From positions 1 through 64,000 of the forward strand of contig JALJEE010001644.1 of the NCBI GenBank assembly GCA_023231475.1: DNA of 64,000 nucleotides. Direction: 5' to 3'. The translations under genes were made by a program, and so were the position numbers. How positions within the stretch are numbered: the stretch's first letter is position 1; every line of letters begins with the position of its first letter. Positions 13,544-26,762 of this stretch are shown here, in pieces. Under the pieces are notes generated by a model. That model ran no database searches. It was not told the origin of the DNA and was given only the letters and a program-made list of their open reading frames with translations. Source of the stretch: Seison nebaliae (Eukaryota).

Positions 13544-13879
13544 ATGTCTCTTTTGTTGTTTTGTGGAATTTGTGGGAATCGTTTGTCGATTAGTGAGAAT
13601 GTGGAAGGTGTGTGTTTTATGTGCCCTTCCTGCCCATTCAAACAGCCGTTAAGTCAAAGTGTCTCACAGAGACGTTATCCTCAAATGAAAGAAGTTGATG
13701 ATGTTATTGGAGGAAGTGAAGCTTGGAAGAACGTCGATTCGACTGAAGAGAAATGTCCAAAATGTGAACATGATCGTGCATTCTTCATGCAAATGCAATT
13801 ACGCAGTGCTGATGAACCGAGCACAACATTCTATCGTTGTTGCAATTCTGAATGTTCTCATCAATGGAACGATCAATAA
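13544..13879 (+). CDS. POLR3K: RNA polymerase III subunit RPC10/C11
   Basis: MSLLLFCGICGN...CPSCPF zinc ribbon, KEVDDVIGG..AW, C-terminal TFIIS-like ribbon CPKCEHDRAFFMQMQLRSADEPSTTFYRCC..C.HQW. ATG in an ACCATG context. Confidence 0.95.
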   Translation: MSLLLFCGICGNRLSISENVEGVCFMCPSCPFKQPLSQSVSQRRYPQMKEVDDVIGGSEAWKNVDSTEEKCPKCEHDRAFFMQMQLRSADEPSTTFYRCCNSECSHQWNDQ

Positions 13880-14051
13880 TTTTCTGTAATTTATTTAATG
13901 AATTTTCATAATTTTCTCGTGTTTAATAAGAGAATGTAATTTAAATGGAAATGATGGAAATTTCGAAATCTTTATAATTTCATTTTCATTTTCTTTTCTA
14001 TTATAACAATTAGAATTCTTTCACATTCTCGAGCTCTATCCGATAGATCAA

Positions 14052-15321
14052 ATGAATGGAGATATAGAACCGGAAAATCATGATGAACATAACAATTGGC
14101 TTGAGAAGGAGGTTGATCAAATCTCCATATGGAAACATCCGGTAACAACTCTTATTTTATCCATCAGATATATCTGCAATTATTTCATTTATTTGACGAA
14201 AAAGTTCCATCTCTCTCACCATTTTTTTTTATCATTAAATCCATTTCAGATTATTTAATTCAAGATTACTTTATTTGCTCATTATTTTCATTTCATTCGT
14301 TACATACATCGAATTATCTCCCACAAATCAATATGTCCATTATTGGTATCATTATATAAAAAATCCATCAATATGGTATTCGAAATGGATAATTCTCGGA
14401 TTCCTTTCCAGTTTCGGTTTTGGATGTGGTGTTCACACATTCCTCCTTTATCTGGTTAATTATTGACTTTTCATTCTTTAACAACATCGTTTCAGGGTCC
14501 ATTTGTCATGTCGGTCGTTTTAGCTGCTCAAGAATGTTCATCGATAGATTTCCCTTCACCACCATATCCACATCAAGTAATTTGTCCTTGTGAGAAGAAT
14601 GGAACTGATCATTGTGTGGATAATCCTTCAATCCAACTCTCACACGTTCCACTTATGGATATATTCTTCAAAATCGCTCTCGAATCATTTTTATGGGGAT
14701 TTGGAACGGCCATCGGTGAATTACCTCCATATTTGATGACGAAGAAAACGGCAGATCATCGTAAAGACCAAACCAGTTGGATGGGTCCTAAAATCGAACT
14801 TATTGTCCAGAAATTGGGATTTTGGGGAATACTCATATTTGCGTCAGTTCATATATCTTTTCATCATTTAATTAACGAAAATTTTCTTCCAGTTTCCAAA
14901 TCCATTTTTTGATTTAGCTGGAGTTATTTGTGGGACGAATAAGGTCAAATTCTCGACGTTCTTCCTCGCAACATTTATTGGGAAAGCTTGCATTAAAGTT
15001 CTCATACAAGTTCGTTTTTTATTTTTTTCCGTTTATTTCAATAATTTCTTTCAGGTCAGTGTTGTGATCTTAATGTTTAGCGAACATCATTTCGAACAAA
15101 TCATCACTCTGGTACCCAGCGACTTTGTAAAGGTAATGTTTGTCGATTGGTTAGATGAATTCAAAAAACAATTACATTCCGGTACTGTAGTCACAAAACA
15201 CAGTACCATTTCACAAATTATCAAATTTGGACCTCCTCTTGTGATCGGTTGGTCGGTGGGCAGTTTCCTTAACACACTAGCCAAAGAACAGAAACGTGAA
15301 GATCTTTTGAAAGACTTGTAA
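14052..15321 (+). CDS. VMP1: Vacuole membrane protein 1, 5 exons
   Basis: WKHPVTT, LGFLSSFGFGCGVHTFLLYLGP, ECSSIDFPSPPYP, WGFGTAIGELPPY, GFWGILIFASFPNPFFDLAG, FFLATFIGKA. Introns 14204-14249, 14455-14495, 14847-14892, 15010-15054, all GTT..CAG. Confidence 0.92.
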
Positions 15322-15677
15322 TATTTCTTTAATTATTATAAATCATTCCTCTGCCAACTCATATCGATACTTATAATTATTTATTAAAAATATTTTATTT
15401 TCAATCGAAAACATAATATGCGAAATTTCCGTTATTCTCTAAAAAATTTTAAATTAAACTGTTAATCTTGCCGTTAAATTATTTCGTTAAATTTTCCTTT
15501 CTTTAATTTCAATGTTGAGAATTTTCAATTGGTTATAGAAAAATTGATTGAATTATATAAATTTATTGAGAAAATGAATCGATTGATAATTGGATTTTCG
15601 ATTTTTCTTTTCTTATTCTTATTTTCTTTCTTAATAAATCAGTCGAGAGATCGAGAGAGAGAGTTTAGTAAATGTAA

Positions 15678-17752
15678 ATGAGTTCCGATGAAACATATTA
15701 TAGTGCCACAAACGAAACTTCTAAGGAGAACGGAACGATTTGTAATAATAAGAATAACAACAACAATAATCGAATTAACATAATTGTGGCACCAAATAGG
15801 AACAATAATAACAGTCGTTCGAAGAAACGAAGAAAAACTGTAGCGAAGAAACCTCCACTCAAAAAACATTTATCTTATATCGATTTGGTGAAAGAATATT
15901 CAGTGAAAATTGTTAAATTTCTCTCAATTCTTATTCATAATCTAATTTCTCTAACAACTGTAAGAATCGTCATGGTGTTGTAATGGATGTAAAAGAGAAT
16001 AATAATCATGATACGATAGGAAAGAAAGCATTCATTGAAATAACACGATCGCCATTAATGTTAGGTAGATTTTATAAAAATTTTACATGCTTTAATTTTT
16101 TTCATTTGAAGATTAACAAATGATTTGGATATAATCCATTTATTCTTCAATTCACTCAAATCGACGAATGGAAAAACGGCGAGTAATCGTTTAGAATTAT
16201 GGAATAAACAAACTTTATTAAACAGATCAATTTTATCGTCAACAATCCATCGATCTAATAAAGAAATTACATTTCGTGTTGAAGTTTTCCCCAAATTCAA
16301 ATTTCAAACTTCAAAATTTTGTTAAGATGTTGACGAAAAGTAGGAATATTAACGTCATCGATATCTTTGACGAGTTTTATGAGACTTATTCCGGAATTAT
16401 ATCGGCTGGTGGTCAGTCGTCAGCCGTTCGAATACCAGTCCTGATAAATCTATTAAATTATCGTCAAGCATTCACAGATCTATTACCATTCTCCACCGTC
16501 AACGAAAATGAGAAGATACAATCCATAATTCATCTATTACCATCAAACGCTTTCGATGGTTTATGGGAGAATTTACAATTTGAGTCTAATATCAAATCTG
16601 ATGTTTGTTTTTTTCTTTCAAATATTTTTATTAATTATTATATAAATATACTTTTCCATTCAGTTACTACAATATATGTATTCGGCTCTTGTATTCGCCA
16701 ATAAAGGCGTCAACAAAAATATAGTAACATGGAATCGTGCATTGTTATTGCATGGACCGCCTGGTACAGGAAAAACTTCGTTGTGTAAAGCTTTAGCACA
16801 AAAACTATCAATCTATCTCCATCAATATTATCAGAAAACATTTCTTATCGAGATTCATTCACAACGACTATTCTCCGAATGGTATTCTCAAGTTTTCATT
16901 ATATTTTTCTTCATTCAATTTCAACAAATCTATCGTAGAGTAGTAAATTAGTTGTGGAATTGTTTCAGAGTATTTATAAGTTAGCCAGCGAAAATCCTTC
17001 CTATTTATTCCTGGTGTTAATTGATGAAATTGAATCGATCTCATCGAAAAGAGGTTCGATGCAATCGGAACCGATGGATTCCATGAGAGTCGTCAATTCT
17101 TTATTGACACAATTAGATCAATTGAAACAACTGAATAATATTATGGTGATAACCACGTCGAATTTAAAGGATTCGATTGACGACGCTTTTATTGATCGTG
17201 TTGATCTAATACAAAATATTGGACGACCGTCAAGTTTCAGATAATTTTTGTTAAATGTTCAAAATTATAAATTTTTTCTTTTCAGTTTCAGCTATTTACT
17301 CGATGTTAATTAGTGGAATTATTGAATTACAAAGATGTGGAATAATTGTGGATGATCCTGAAATGTTACCGTATGATGAGATATGCAGAATATTACATAA
17401 CTGGATGATGAAACCAGCACCATCTTATGTTAAAGGACGAGAATTGGCGATTAGACGAAGTTTAAATCTCTTAAACATAGCTCAACAATATCCATCTGTG
17501 AGTGGGCGCACTTGGCGCAAATTACCACTAATTGCACATTTTCGAAGAAATAACAATTCTGCCTGTCTAACAACACAAGATTATATCAGATCGTTATATC
17601 AGAACATTACCATCATCGACAAAGAACAGAAATCGATTAAGAAGAAAGATGCGAATCAATTCATCTATTATCAGGACGCGAAAGAGTTTCTCGCCGATCA
17701 CGATCATGGAGATGTCACTCTTATGGATTCGGCAATCTCACTCATCAAATGA
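15678..17752 (+). CDS. TRIP13: Pachytene checkpoint AAA+ ATPase TRIP13/PCH2, 7 exons
   Basis: FDGLWENL, TWNRALLLHGPPGTGKTSLCKALAQKLSI (Walker A), LVLIDEIES (Walker B), EPMDSMRVVNSLLTQLDQLK, IDDAFIDRVD, SGRTWRKLP. Introns 15912-15964, 16060-16111, 16284-16326, 16603-16663, 16892-16938, 17234-17285. Confidence 0.92.
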
Positions 17753-17830
17753 AAAGTTTCTAAGATTTATTTTGTTGATTTCTAATTAACTAATAAAAAA
17801 GTAACAATTCCAACAGAAGAAATATTTTCC

Positions 17831-19033
17831 TTATTTCGTTTTGGGGAGAACACAACCTTCTTCTCCTAAAACGATTTTTGCCAATTCAATTCCCTTCTCG
17901 ATGTTCTTGTCGAAGGATTGTTTGAGGAAGAAACTTGCGAGAAATCCACCAACAAATGCATCACCTGCACCATTCGTATCGACGATATTATCCGCTTTTG
18001 GCACATTAAACCATTTCATTTGATTATTATGGAATGTGAGTAAACTCTTCTCCGATCTCGTAATAATTATTGTACGTTGTTTGATATTCATCTTCTTATC
18101 TAAATCAATTGTACTCAATTCACTCGCTATCTCTTCCAACATTTTCTCACTAACAATTTGTCCGTTTTCTATTTTCTTATTTAAATATGTTTTCCCCAAA
18201 ATTCCCATTTCATCTTCATTCCCAAATAAAATGTCGACGAACGGAAAGACCATTCGGAAGTTCTTTACGAAAAATTCACAAATAAATGGAGCACTAGTAT
18301 TGAGAATCATCGTTTGATTCTTATTAGTCATGGCCAATCTGCCGATTTGTACGACCGTTTCTGGAGAAACAGTTAGAAAGAAACCAGATAAATAAAATGT
18401 CTGAGCATGTTCTATGATCGACATAATTTTATCTTCTTTTAAATGATTCATTGAGAAGTCATTAGCTGCATCTAATTTTGTTATAAGTGAACGATGATTA
18501 TCTGTCACTAAAACGGCACATTTTCCTGTCGGTGATCTTTCACTTCTATCGTAATGAACATCAACACCAGCTGATTGAGCAATATCTTCCAATATCTTTG
18601 CTGAAGTATCTTTTCCGACACAACCGAAAAATCCAACATTCCCAACATATTCCTTCCCCAACACACCCTAATAAAATTTCATCAAAATGATAATTTATTG
18701 GAAATTGTTAAAATGAAAATAACAGCACAGATCCTCATGGAATTTTGTGTGGCACCACCAGCGATGTAATCAACATCATTTCTCTTCTCTAATTCTTCGA
18801 ATAGAGGCAAATGAGAATCATCAGCTAAAATTGCGTCGTTCGCTTTCAAGTTATATCTTTGACGAAATTATGAGAATATTCTCAAAGTTAATGAAACTTT
18901 TTCAATAATTTTTTTGCATCTTCTCCAGAAATACAGATGTCTAACAACGGATTCCCAATACCTACAATACTACACCTATAACTCGAACAACAATGAAATT
19001 TGAGTGAAAATGAAGGAAAAAGAACTTTGACAT
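17831..19033 (-). CDS. ADK: Adenosine kinase (PfkB family), 4 exons
   Basis: GIGNPLLDI, YNLKANDAILA, AGGATQNSMR, GCVGKD, PTGKCAVL, SGFFLTVSPE, DILFGNEDE, VDTNGAGDAFVGGFL. Three GTT..AG introns of 50, 41 and 56 nt near the 5' end. Confidence 0.93.
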
Positions 19034-19319
19034 TTTGAAAATTTTTTAAAAAAAAATCTTTTTATGATCGAATGATATAATTAAACAAATATGAGTCTCA
19101 AGAACAAATTAGTTTTCAAAGAGTCTTACAAACTCTACAATTGGATGACATGTTGTGTGAACATAAGCGATCAATTTGAATAAGAAAATCGTTTAAAATT
19201 CTTTCATTCGGGATAATTTCAAGTGAGAATTTCTAAAGAGAATTATGGTCGTTTAACCATCTTCCACTCGAATTATTTGTAATAATTAAAAGAAATAATT
19301 GTCATTCGATTTCATTGAG

Positions 19320-19790
19320 ATGATGCTACTTATCATATTATTAAATTGTCAGATAAAATTAGTTGACTTATTCTTATTCAAAAAGTATAAGAGAATTTAC
19401 CTCGACAACGGGAAAATGATCGAACCGAGTAACAGCAAAGCTAGTAAGAGATGGCAGAAGTTGTTGAATAAAGTTCAAGATGAAGATGAACCGACTCGAG
19501 CTTATCGGCTTCATCATAAACAAGATATGCCATTCATACCTCTATTATATCATCCGGGATATCCGAACAACCAGAAAATGAGACCGTATTATATGCCGAA
19601 TGTGATTTATAAAGGAAATAAAGTTCTCGTTCATCCAGAAGACTTAGATTTTATGCGTCTCTTCAATTACGACACAGAAGACTATCCTGATTTGGTGAGT
19701 AAATTGGGCGACATTTCAAGTAGTTACGCTAATTTCGATGTGGATAATCCGACGAGACCGGTCTTCCATGGTTTTATCGATGATTATTAG
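19320..19790 (+). CDS. Orphan single-exon protein with hydrophobic N-terminus, possibly secreted
   Basis: ORF of ~156 aa from ATG 19320 (MMLLIILLNCQIKL...) with coding-like composition; no family recognised. Confidence 0.6.
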   Translation: MMLLIILLNCQIKLVDLFLFKKYKRIYLDNGKMIEPSNSKASKRWQKLLNKVQDEDEPTRAYRLHHKQDMPFIPLLYHPGYPNNQKMRPYYMPNVIYKGNKVLVHPEDLDFMRLFNYDTEDYPDLVSKLGDISSSYANFDVDNPTRPVFHGFIDDY

Positions 19791-22615
19791 TGAGTGAGCA
19801 GTAGACACATTTAAAGTGGAATAATGATAGGATTGAAGAAAAATAAAAAAAATTGAAATGATTGATCGAATCAAATTGCACATCCGGAATGAAGAAAGGA
19901 ATTTAATATGAGTTAGAGTAAGAGAGTAATTTTTGAGTTTTTTCTTATTCCCTTCTCCCTTCCAATGAATCGAATTGCAATCGACGTGTAAGAAGTAGAA
20001 CTTAATTGCTGAGATTCATTTTACATCGATTGAGAACAGCAAAAATAATGATTTATACGAGTGTTCTTCAATCAATTTCCATTCATCCCTCCCAATATGG
20101 GGAATTTGAAGATGGAATACATCTGCGAGAATATAAACGAGAAAATGTTAAACGACATACTAAATAAAATGAATCGAATTCTTCATCTTCTTCATCGACA
20201 ACTTCTTCCATTTGGATGACGAACATCTGCTGTGCAAATGGAGGAGGAAGAGCTTCCATTCGTCGTCGTCATATTGAATTCTCTATACATGCGTAATAAA
20301 TACTTATAATTGAATTAGGTGATGGGAAGATATGATACGGTTTCGTCTTCCCATCCATAGAGATATCTGACTAGAATTCTCATCATCATCACCATCACCA
20401 TCATCGTCAACGGCATCCTGAACAACAAGAATTTTATGATCGTTTTCTTCATGATTTTCTTTTACTTATTTTCTTCTTTTTTTTCTCCCCTTCTCAAAAA
20501 ACAATATACGTACAAAATTCTCGATCTACGTAACGCAACTTTGGTTATTCGTTTGATGCAGTCGAACGAACAGTACATAGACGGTATCCCTCTCGTTCGA
20601 ATGGAAGGGGGAAGAACTGTCAATGATTCGCTGAACAAATGCACATAAAATTATTTTTCCCAACTACATCTATTCCTTCTTTTTCGTCTATTCACTTGTC
20701 AAAACGGTTATGTTGTGTACGAGAAAGTTCTTTTTCCGATTCGTCCTCAATCTGCTCATCGTTCGATAATGTTCAGGTGTGACTCAATTCGGTGTCGATC
20801 TGTTCGGATATTTTTCGATGTCACTACTAATTAACAATTAGTATAGCGATCCACTTCATTTTCACTTGGATGACACTACACAAGAGAAGAAGAATTCATT
20901 TTTCTCTTTAACTTCAACAAATCTTTTAATCATTTCTTCTTTTTTTTATTCGACAGAAAAAAGTTTGGGAGAATTCTTTCAAGAAGAACTCGGACCAAAT
21001 GAGATTCTCCTTCGTTTCTTATTTTCTTCTTTTATTCCATTTGCAATTAAACTTTCTTTTGTTGTGAGTTATAAGAAATTCATAGACATATAGACATCCA
21101 ACATTTCGCTTGTTCGCTCATCCCGTTAAATGTGAGATCAGTCAATTAACATAATAATGGAAAGTGAACGATTGCTTCATTTCTAATGATAATACTTTGG
21201 TTCGAGTGTTTTCCGCTATTTTCAAAAAAACTGCCCCGATAACATAAAGAATTGTTACTAATGATGCTGAATTCGTTATCTACTTAATGAGATTCATTCC
21301 ATTATCATAATATAACATGCATCCCAATTCCATTCCTCATCTATCGTCATGAGTTTCATCTTTCCCTAACAATTCCTTGATTTATCTTCTTCATCAATTC
21401 TTATGTTCCATTCTATCTTTTTGCGGTTTTCATGAAATTTGTAGTAATGTAAATTGATAACAAATTAATGTGGTGGTTAAAGTTATCCGAATCACATGTT
21501 CTAAGTTCTTCAATGAAAGAATGAAGGTTGTCAGAAAAAGAAGAAATAATATTGATTATGTTAATTCTGTTAATATTATTGTATTATATTACACAACATA
21601 ATTCAATTACCTATGTCATTATTATGTGGTATGATGATCTGATTAATTTAATTAATCTTAAACCTTCTCCAGACAATTTAAATCGTTTAACTTTTGTTCT
21701 TTTCCTTTCAGTTTCATTCGTAAATAAATTTTCTCTAATTTTGTTCAATTTATTTCGTATGAAAGAAAATTGGGAGAAAAACTTTTTTGGAAATTTCCAA
21801 AGATGAATTCCAATTTTTGGTCTTCCTTTCCAGACAAAGAACTGCAGAAATGATAACTAAATTAAAAACTATTCCTTGCAGTTCTATTATAAGCAGTAAG
21901 TTCTAATATGCCTCTAGATAAAAATAACACAAAGTTACTCAAAACTTTATTTTAAAGCAACAACAGATTTATTCATTTCACACAAGTTAAGTTGATTTTT
22001 TGAGAATAGTTATTTTCATTCGGAAATAGATTGAATTTTCCATTAGTTTCGTTAACTGAATAAAATTGGAATAGAATTTTCCAAGTTGTTTTATTCTTAA
22101 CTTTTACCGTTCTTCTTAATTTTGTGCAGAAAAGTAAAAATTGTAAATTTTTAGTTGGTTTATTTAGGAATTAGATTGTTGAGGACAAGTTCATTATGAA
22201 CATATACTAAATGCATAAAAGTGAATGTGGAGAGAATGAGATTGTGCAGAAAAAAGTTTAAGATGATTTTCGAGTGAACTTCGTTGTCATTGGAATAAAA
22301 GATAGGTATCCGGTTTGGTCCTAACACACAATACTGCCTGTAACGAAGTGCTGTCGATATTTTAGGATGGTTCGCGAAATTTGATTGGATGAGGGAAAGC
22401 TTCACATCCGACTGTCTATCTCCACTCATTTATTCATTTATTCATCCTTTCATTTAGTTTCTTTTCATCTCCTTAATTTCGCACATTATTCATGTAATGC
22501 ACATCGTTGTGTCGCTCATTTGCGGAAAATTTCTCATTAAGACTTTCATTTCTTTTCTGTTCCGTTCAAAGAAGAATTTTGGGAATTAAATACTTTGAAT
22601 TGTGTGAAGGGATTC

Positions 22616-25299
22616 ATGACAACGATAATGAAAGCAGATGAACTTTCTCTCCATAATAATACTTCGAATGATTATCATAAAAATCCGAAAGGCAACATGA
22701 TGAATAAACAGTTGAGTTTTCAAACCATTTCTGATTGTACAGACCAAAATGATCTTCTCACTAATCAATTGAAAACATCGAAAGATATGGTCGCTACTGT
22801 CTCCAATTGGTTATGTAACAACGAAATGAATTGTTATGATACGAATGCATTACCAATGAACAATACGAATAATAATGGTCGCAATATAATTAATAACAAC
22901 AACAACACTAATATCAATGAGCAGTTCGATTTAAGAAAATATTATGAAATGAATCAGATTAATCGATCAACTGAAAAGATTATTGATACACAAAAAATTC
23001 CTCCATTCATTTTTCTTAATCGTTTCAATGAGAATCAACCGACGAAATCATTGAAGGTCGATCAAAATATGTTACAACAAAAAAATGAGACTTATTGGTC
23101 ATCCGATCAACAACAACAAAGTTATTAGGAATATTAAAAATTTTCTTTCACTTTTTTCTTTTAGATCAGAATGAAACAGTTTCCGATGAACAATTAATTG
23201 ATAATTTCCAATCAATAATCGATAACGACAGATTATTGAATGATGAGAAGAATAATAAAAGAAGAAAATTGAATTCGAATTCTTCAATGAAAAAAACGAA
23301 AATTGAAAAGAAATCGAATAAAGATAATTCGCCCGAAAAAGACGAGATGGAGAAAGTTGTCGTTCATAATTTGCCACATAATGAAGAATCAGATATTGAT
23401 ACGAGTTTAATCGATTCGGAAAGCATGGAGGGAGAGATGGAACATGAAATTCTCGAAGATGATGCACCCAGTATGGTGGCTGGTTTATTAGGTTGTCCAA
23501 CACCCGCCAGACGTCGACATCGGACAACTTTCACTCAAGTTCTTTCCTCCATTTCAATTCGTTTTTACTTTTTTATTAGGATCAATTAAATGAATTAGAA
23601 GCTGCTTTTACTAAATCACATTATCCCGATATCTATTGTCGAGAAGAGTTAGCTCGAGTCACGAAATTAAATGAAGCTCGAATACAAGTTATATTTTGAT
23701 GGAAAATTGAACGAATTTGAATCATCTTCTTCTTTAATAGGTCTGGTTTCAAAATCGACGTGCAAAATATAGGAAACATGAGAAACATTTACAAAAAGCT
23801 TTAGTTGGTTGTGGTGGTGTTGTACCAGGAGGTTTGAACGCAAATTCGTTGATGATGATGACCGGTGCCAATTCGTTGGGAATTCCTTTCAGTATTCCTC
23901 AAATGAATGAGAATAATTGTTAATTTTCATTTCCATTCTACAAATTCATTCGATGTTTTTTTTAGTAACACATCCATATTTTGATAGTGCAACATTTAAT
24001 TCATTGTATGGTATTACATCGTCAACAGTAAGTTCTACTTCTAATTTTCCGACTTATCCTTCCACAAATTTCAATCAAAATGCAGCGGCGGCATTAGCTG
24101 CCGTTGTTGCTGAATTGAATACTGGAGATGTTGAGAAAATCGAGAAAAGTAATTTGACAAGAAAAGAGAATGAAGAGAAATGTCATCCAAACATTTTAGA
24201 TTCTTATATGGCCACACCACTTACCACCACCTCCACCACCATCAGTGGGACCAACCCCGAATTATCAGACGGACAAAAAATGATGTTTGATTATCATTTG
24301 AACAATCTGAAACATTTGCAAGCTCAAACTGAAATGTTGAATGCTCATTCGAATAATTTAGAAAGGAACATCAAAATGCTCTCACCATTCATTTCGAATG
24401 TGGATGGAAATACTCCAACATCTTCCGTCACCAATCCTGCAAACACATTAGCGATCTGTTCTTCCCAATCGACCTTATCTCCATCTCAAACAACCACCAC
24501 ATCCCAACAACATTATACGCAATCTCAACAAATTCAACATCAAACACAAAACTCTTCTCTTTTATATTCTCCTCACACGAATTTATCGGTCGATGCTAAA
24601 CTACAAATATTTCCCACTTCCAATAACTTAACTAAAACCACCCAACAACAACAACAACAGCATAGTGGGGAACATGAAACATTTTATACAACCAAAATCG
24701 AGAATCAGAAAACTGATAATTTAGAGAATAGTCAAAAAGTGAATGGAAGATCAGTAGAAATAGTTGAAATGGAGAAAATTAATAAAAATGATCAAAAATC
24801 AAAAAAAAAGAATAAAAAGGTAAAACATGATCAAGACTTATTAAAAGATGAACAACCAGAACAACACTTACAACAACAACAACAACAACAGAACACTAAC
24901 CAACAACAAAATAATAATAATAGTCATCATCAACAACAACAACAAGATGATAATTGTTTTAATTCGATGAATAATAAAATATTGACTGATTGTTTGACGA
25001 ACCAAACACCAAATTATTTCAACTATTATCCCAATACGACCATGTTAAAAGGAACCGAAATGACAATGAATGATAATTTAGATTACATGAAACAAATGTC
25101 TCACCAATATCTTCAAAATGAGAGATCGATGAATTATTATCAATCGCAAAGCGGTCCTTCTCATCTTCTTTCTCCTACCAACATCGAGACGAATAATGGA
25201 AATTTCTTACAGAAAACACCATCTCAACAAAACATTCTCAATACTTCCTATATCGAAGCGACAGTTCCATATTATTATTATCAGACGGAGAATATGTAA
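22616..25299 (+). CDS. PROP1: PRD-class Q50 homeobox transcription factor, Prop/UNC-42 family, 5 exons
   Basis: Spliced homeodomain [60 protein letters not shown] matches the recalled UNC-42/Prop homeodomain. Introns 23121-23164, 23539-23579, 23688-23740 (the typical PRD RIQ|VWF position) and 23919-23965. Start codon uncertain. Confidence 0.88.
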
Positions 25300-25706
25300 T
25301 TGGAGAATCTGATTTCATTTTATTTCAACCATTTCCTCTTCTAGTCAAAATTTTAGTGCGTTTGCTCTTTATTAAATTTATTAATATTTTCTTGTCAAAA
25401 GACAAAAAAAACAATCGGAAAACTATAAGAGTGTCACATTTTATTCATATATTCTTGTTCCCATGAGGTCATTCCATTACACATGAGACTTATTGATATG
25501 TGTTTCCTTTAAACTATATAAATATATGTCGAAGCAAAACTTGAGCGAAAATGTAAAATAACGTATAGGAATTTATTCGTAATCGAAAGTTTGTCGATTA
25601 CACAAAGAGGAAAATCGATAAATTTTATTAGGTTGAAGGATATGAATAATTTTCTTCATATTAAATTTTTTTATATTTTCCATTTAATATGATTTAAGAA
25701 TTGATT

Positions 25707-26697
25707 ATGGTTGAATCGACACGAGAAAATAATTACACTAAACAGATAAAAATATTAAGTCCGTTAAACGCTGCTTATGCTTCTTCGACTGATGCAATTT
25801 TCCTCCCACAATTGGCACCAACTGGCCTCATACTCGATTTACCTGACGAATGGTTATTAGAATCAGATTCCAATATATCGATCGATTCGATGTCAGTTAC
25901 TTCGGAGGATAAGCATAATATGTTCCATTTATTTGAGCAAACACGAAAACATTTAGCTCCTACACTTACTCCCAATTTAAGTAAATTTATTTGTTATACA
26001 AATTATATTTTACCCGGAATCGGTTAACTTTTACATTTAAAATTTATTTTTATTGGTTTGGTTAAAGGAACTCTCATTTCAGCTTTTGCTTCGTTTGGTG
26101 ATAAGAAATTGAAGAAAGAACAAAAATGTTGTAAGAATTGTGAGAGATTTTTCAATCTACTTCTCTTATCACTCGTCCAGATAATTTTAATTCCGATGCT
26201 TGGAATCGGATGGTTATGGAGTATCAATTATGGCACATATGTGAGAGAGCTATCAAAAGAATATCATATGAAGAAAGTGAAAACCGGTTTCTACACAATT
26301 TTTCTATTTGTCCTAAATTTCATGATATATAAGTAGGATTAACACGTATGTCGAATATGAGAAATTTAATGTTATTCTTTTCATCATTTCAGATTTAGAT
26401 GAAGAACAAAGGAAACATATGGCGATAAAAAAGTTTCAAAATGGCAATGACGACGGATTATTAACACTGAACATTCTCAGTATCGGACAATTACTCAATT
26501 CGAATTTTTCGAGAGTTGGTCGAAGGAGGAGACAATTCAACGCAATGGCAACATCATATTGTCGTTCAGCCATAGACAATCCCAGATCGTCAATGGAGAG
26601 TGGTGAAAATGGAACAGAAATTTTGAACATGGAAAATTTCCTCGAGTCTGTCATTCCTAATATCAGTAAACCAAGTCAAAGACTTCCCATTTCATAA
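25707..26697 (+). CDS. Stum/SPEC3-like membrane protein
   Basis: ICYTNYILPGIGTLISAF...QIILIPMLGIGWLWSINYG fits the stum/SPEC3 motifs (N..lPG.GT.isa; iGW.WSi.wG). Introns 26023-26067, 26287-26336 and 26346-26392, with a 9-nt exon between the last two. Confidence 0.75.
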
Positions 26698-26762
26698 AAT
26701 CAGTAAGAAATTAATTATTTGGAATGAAATTTATAAAAAACATTTTCCAATAAAAAATTCGA

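Noticed and set aside
20321..20390. Hairpin GATGGGAAGA..TCTTCCCATC next to TGACTAGA (miR-279-like seed)
   Set aside because: The stem is only ~10 bp and the seed lies outside it; not a pre-miRNA geometry.
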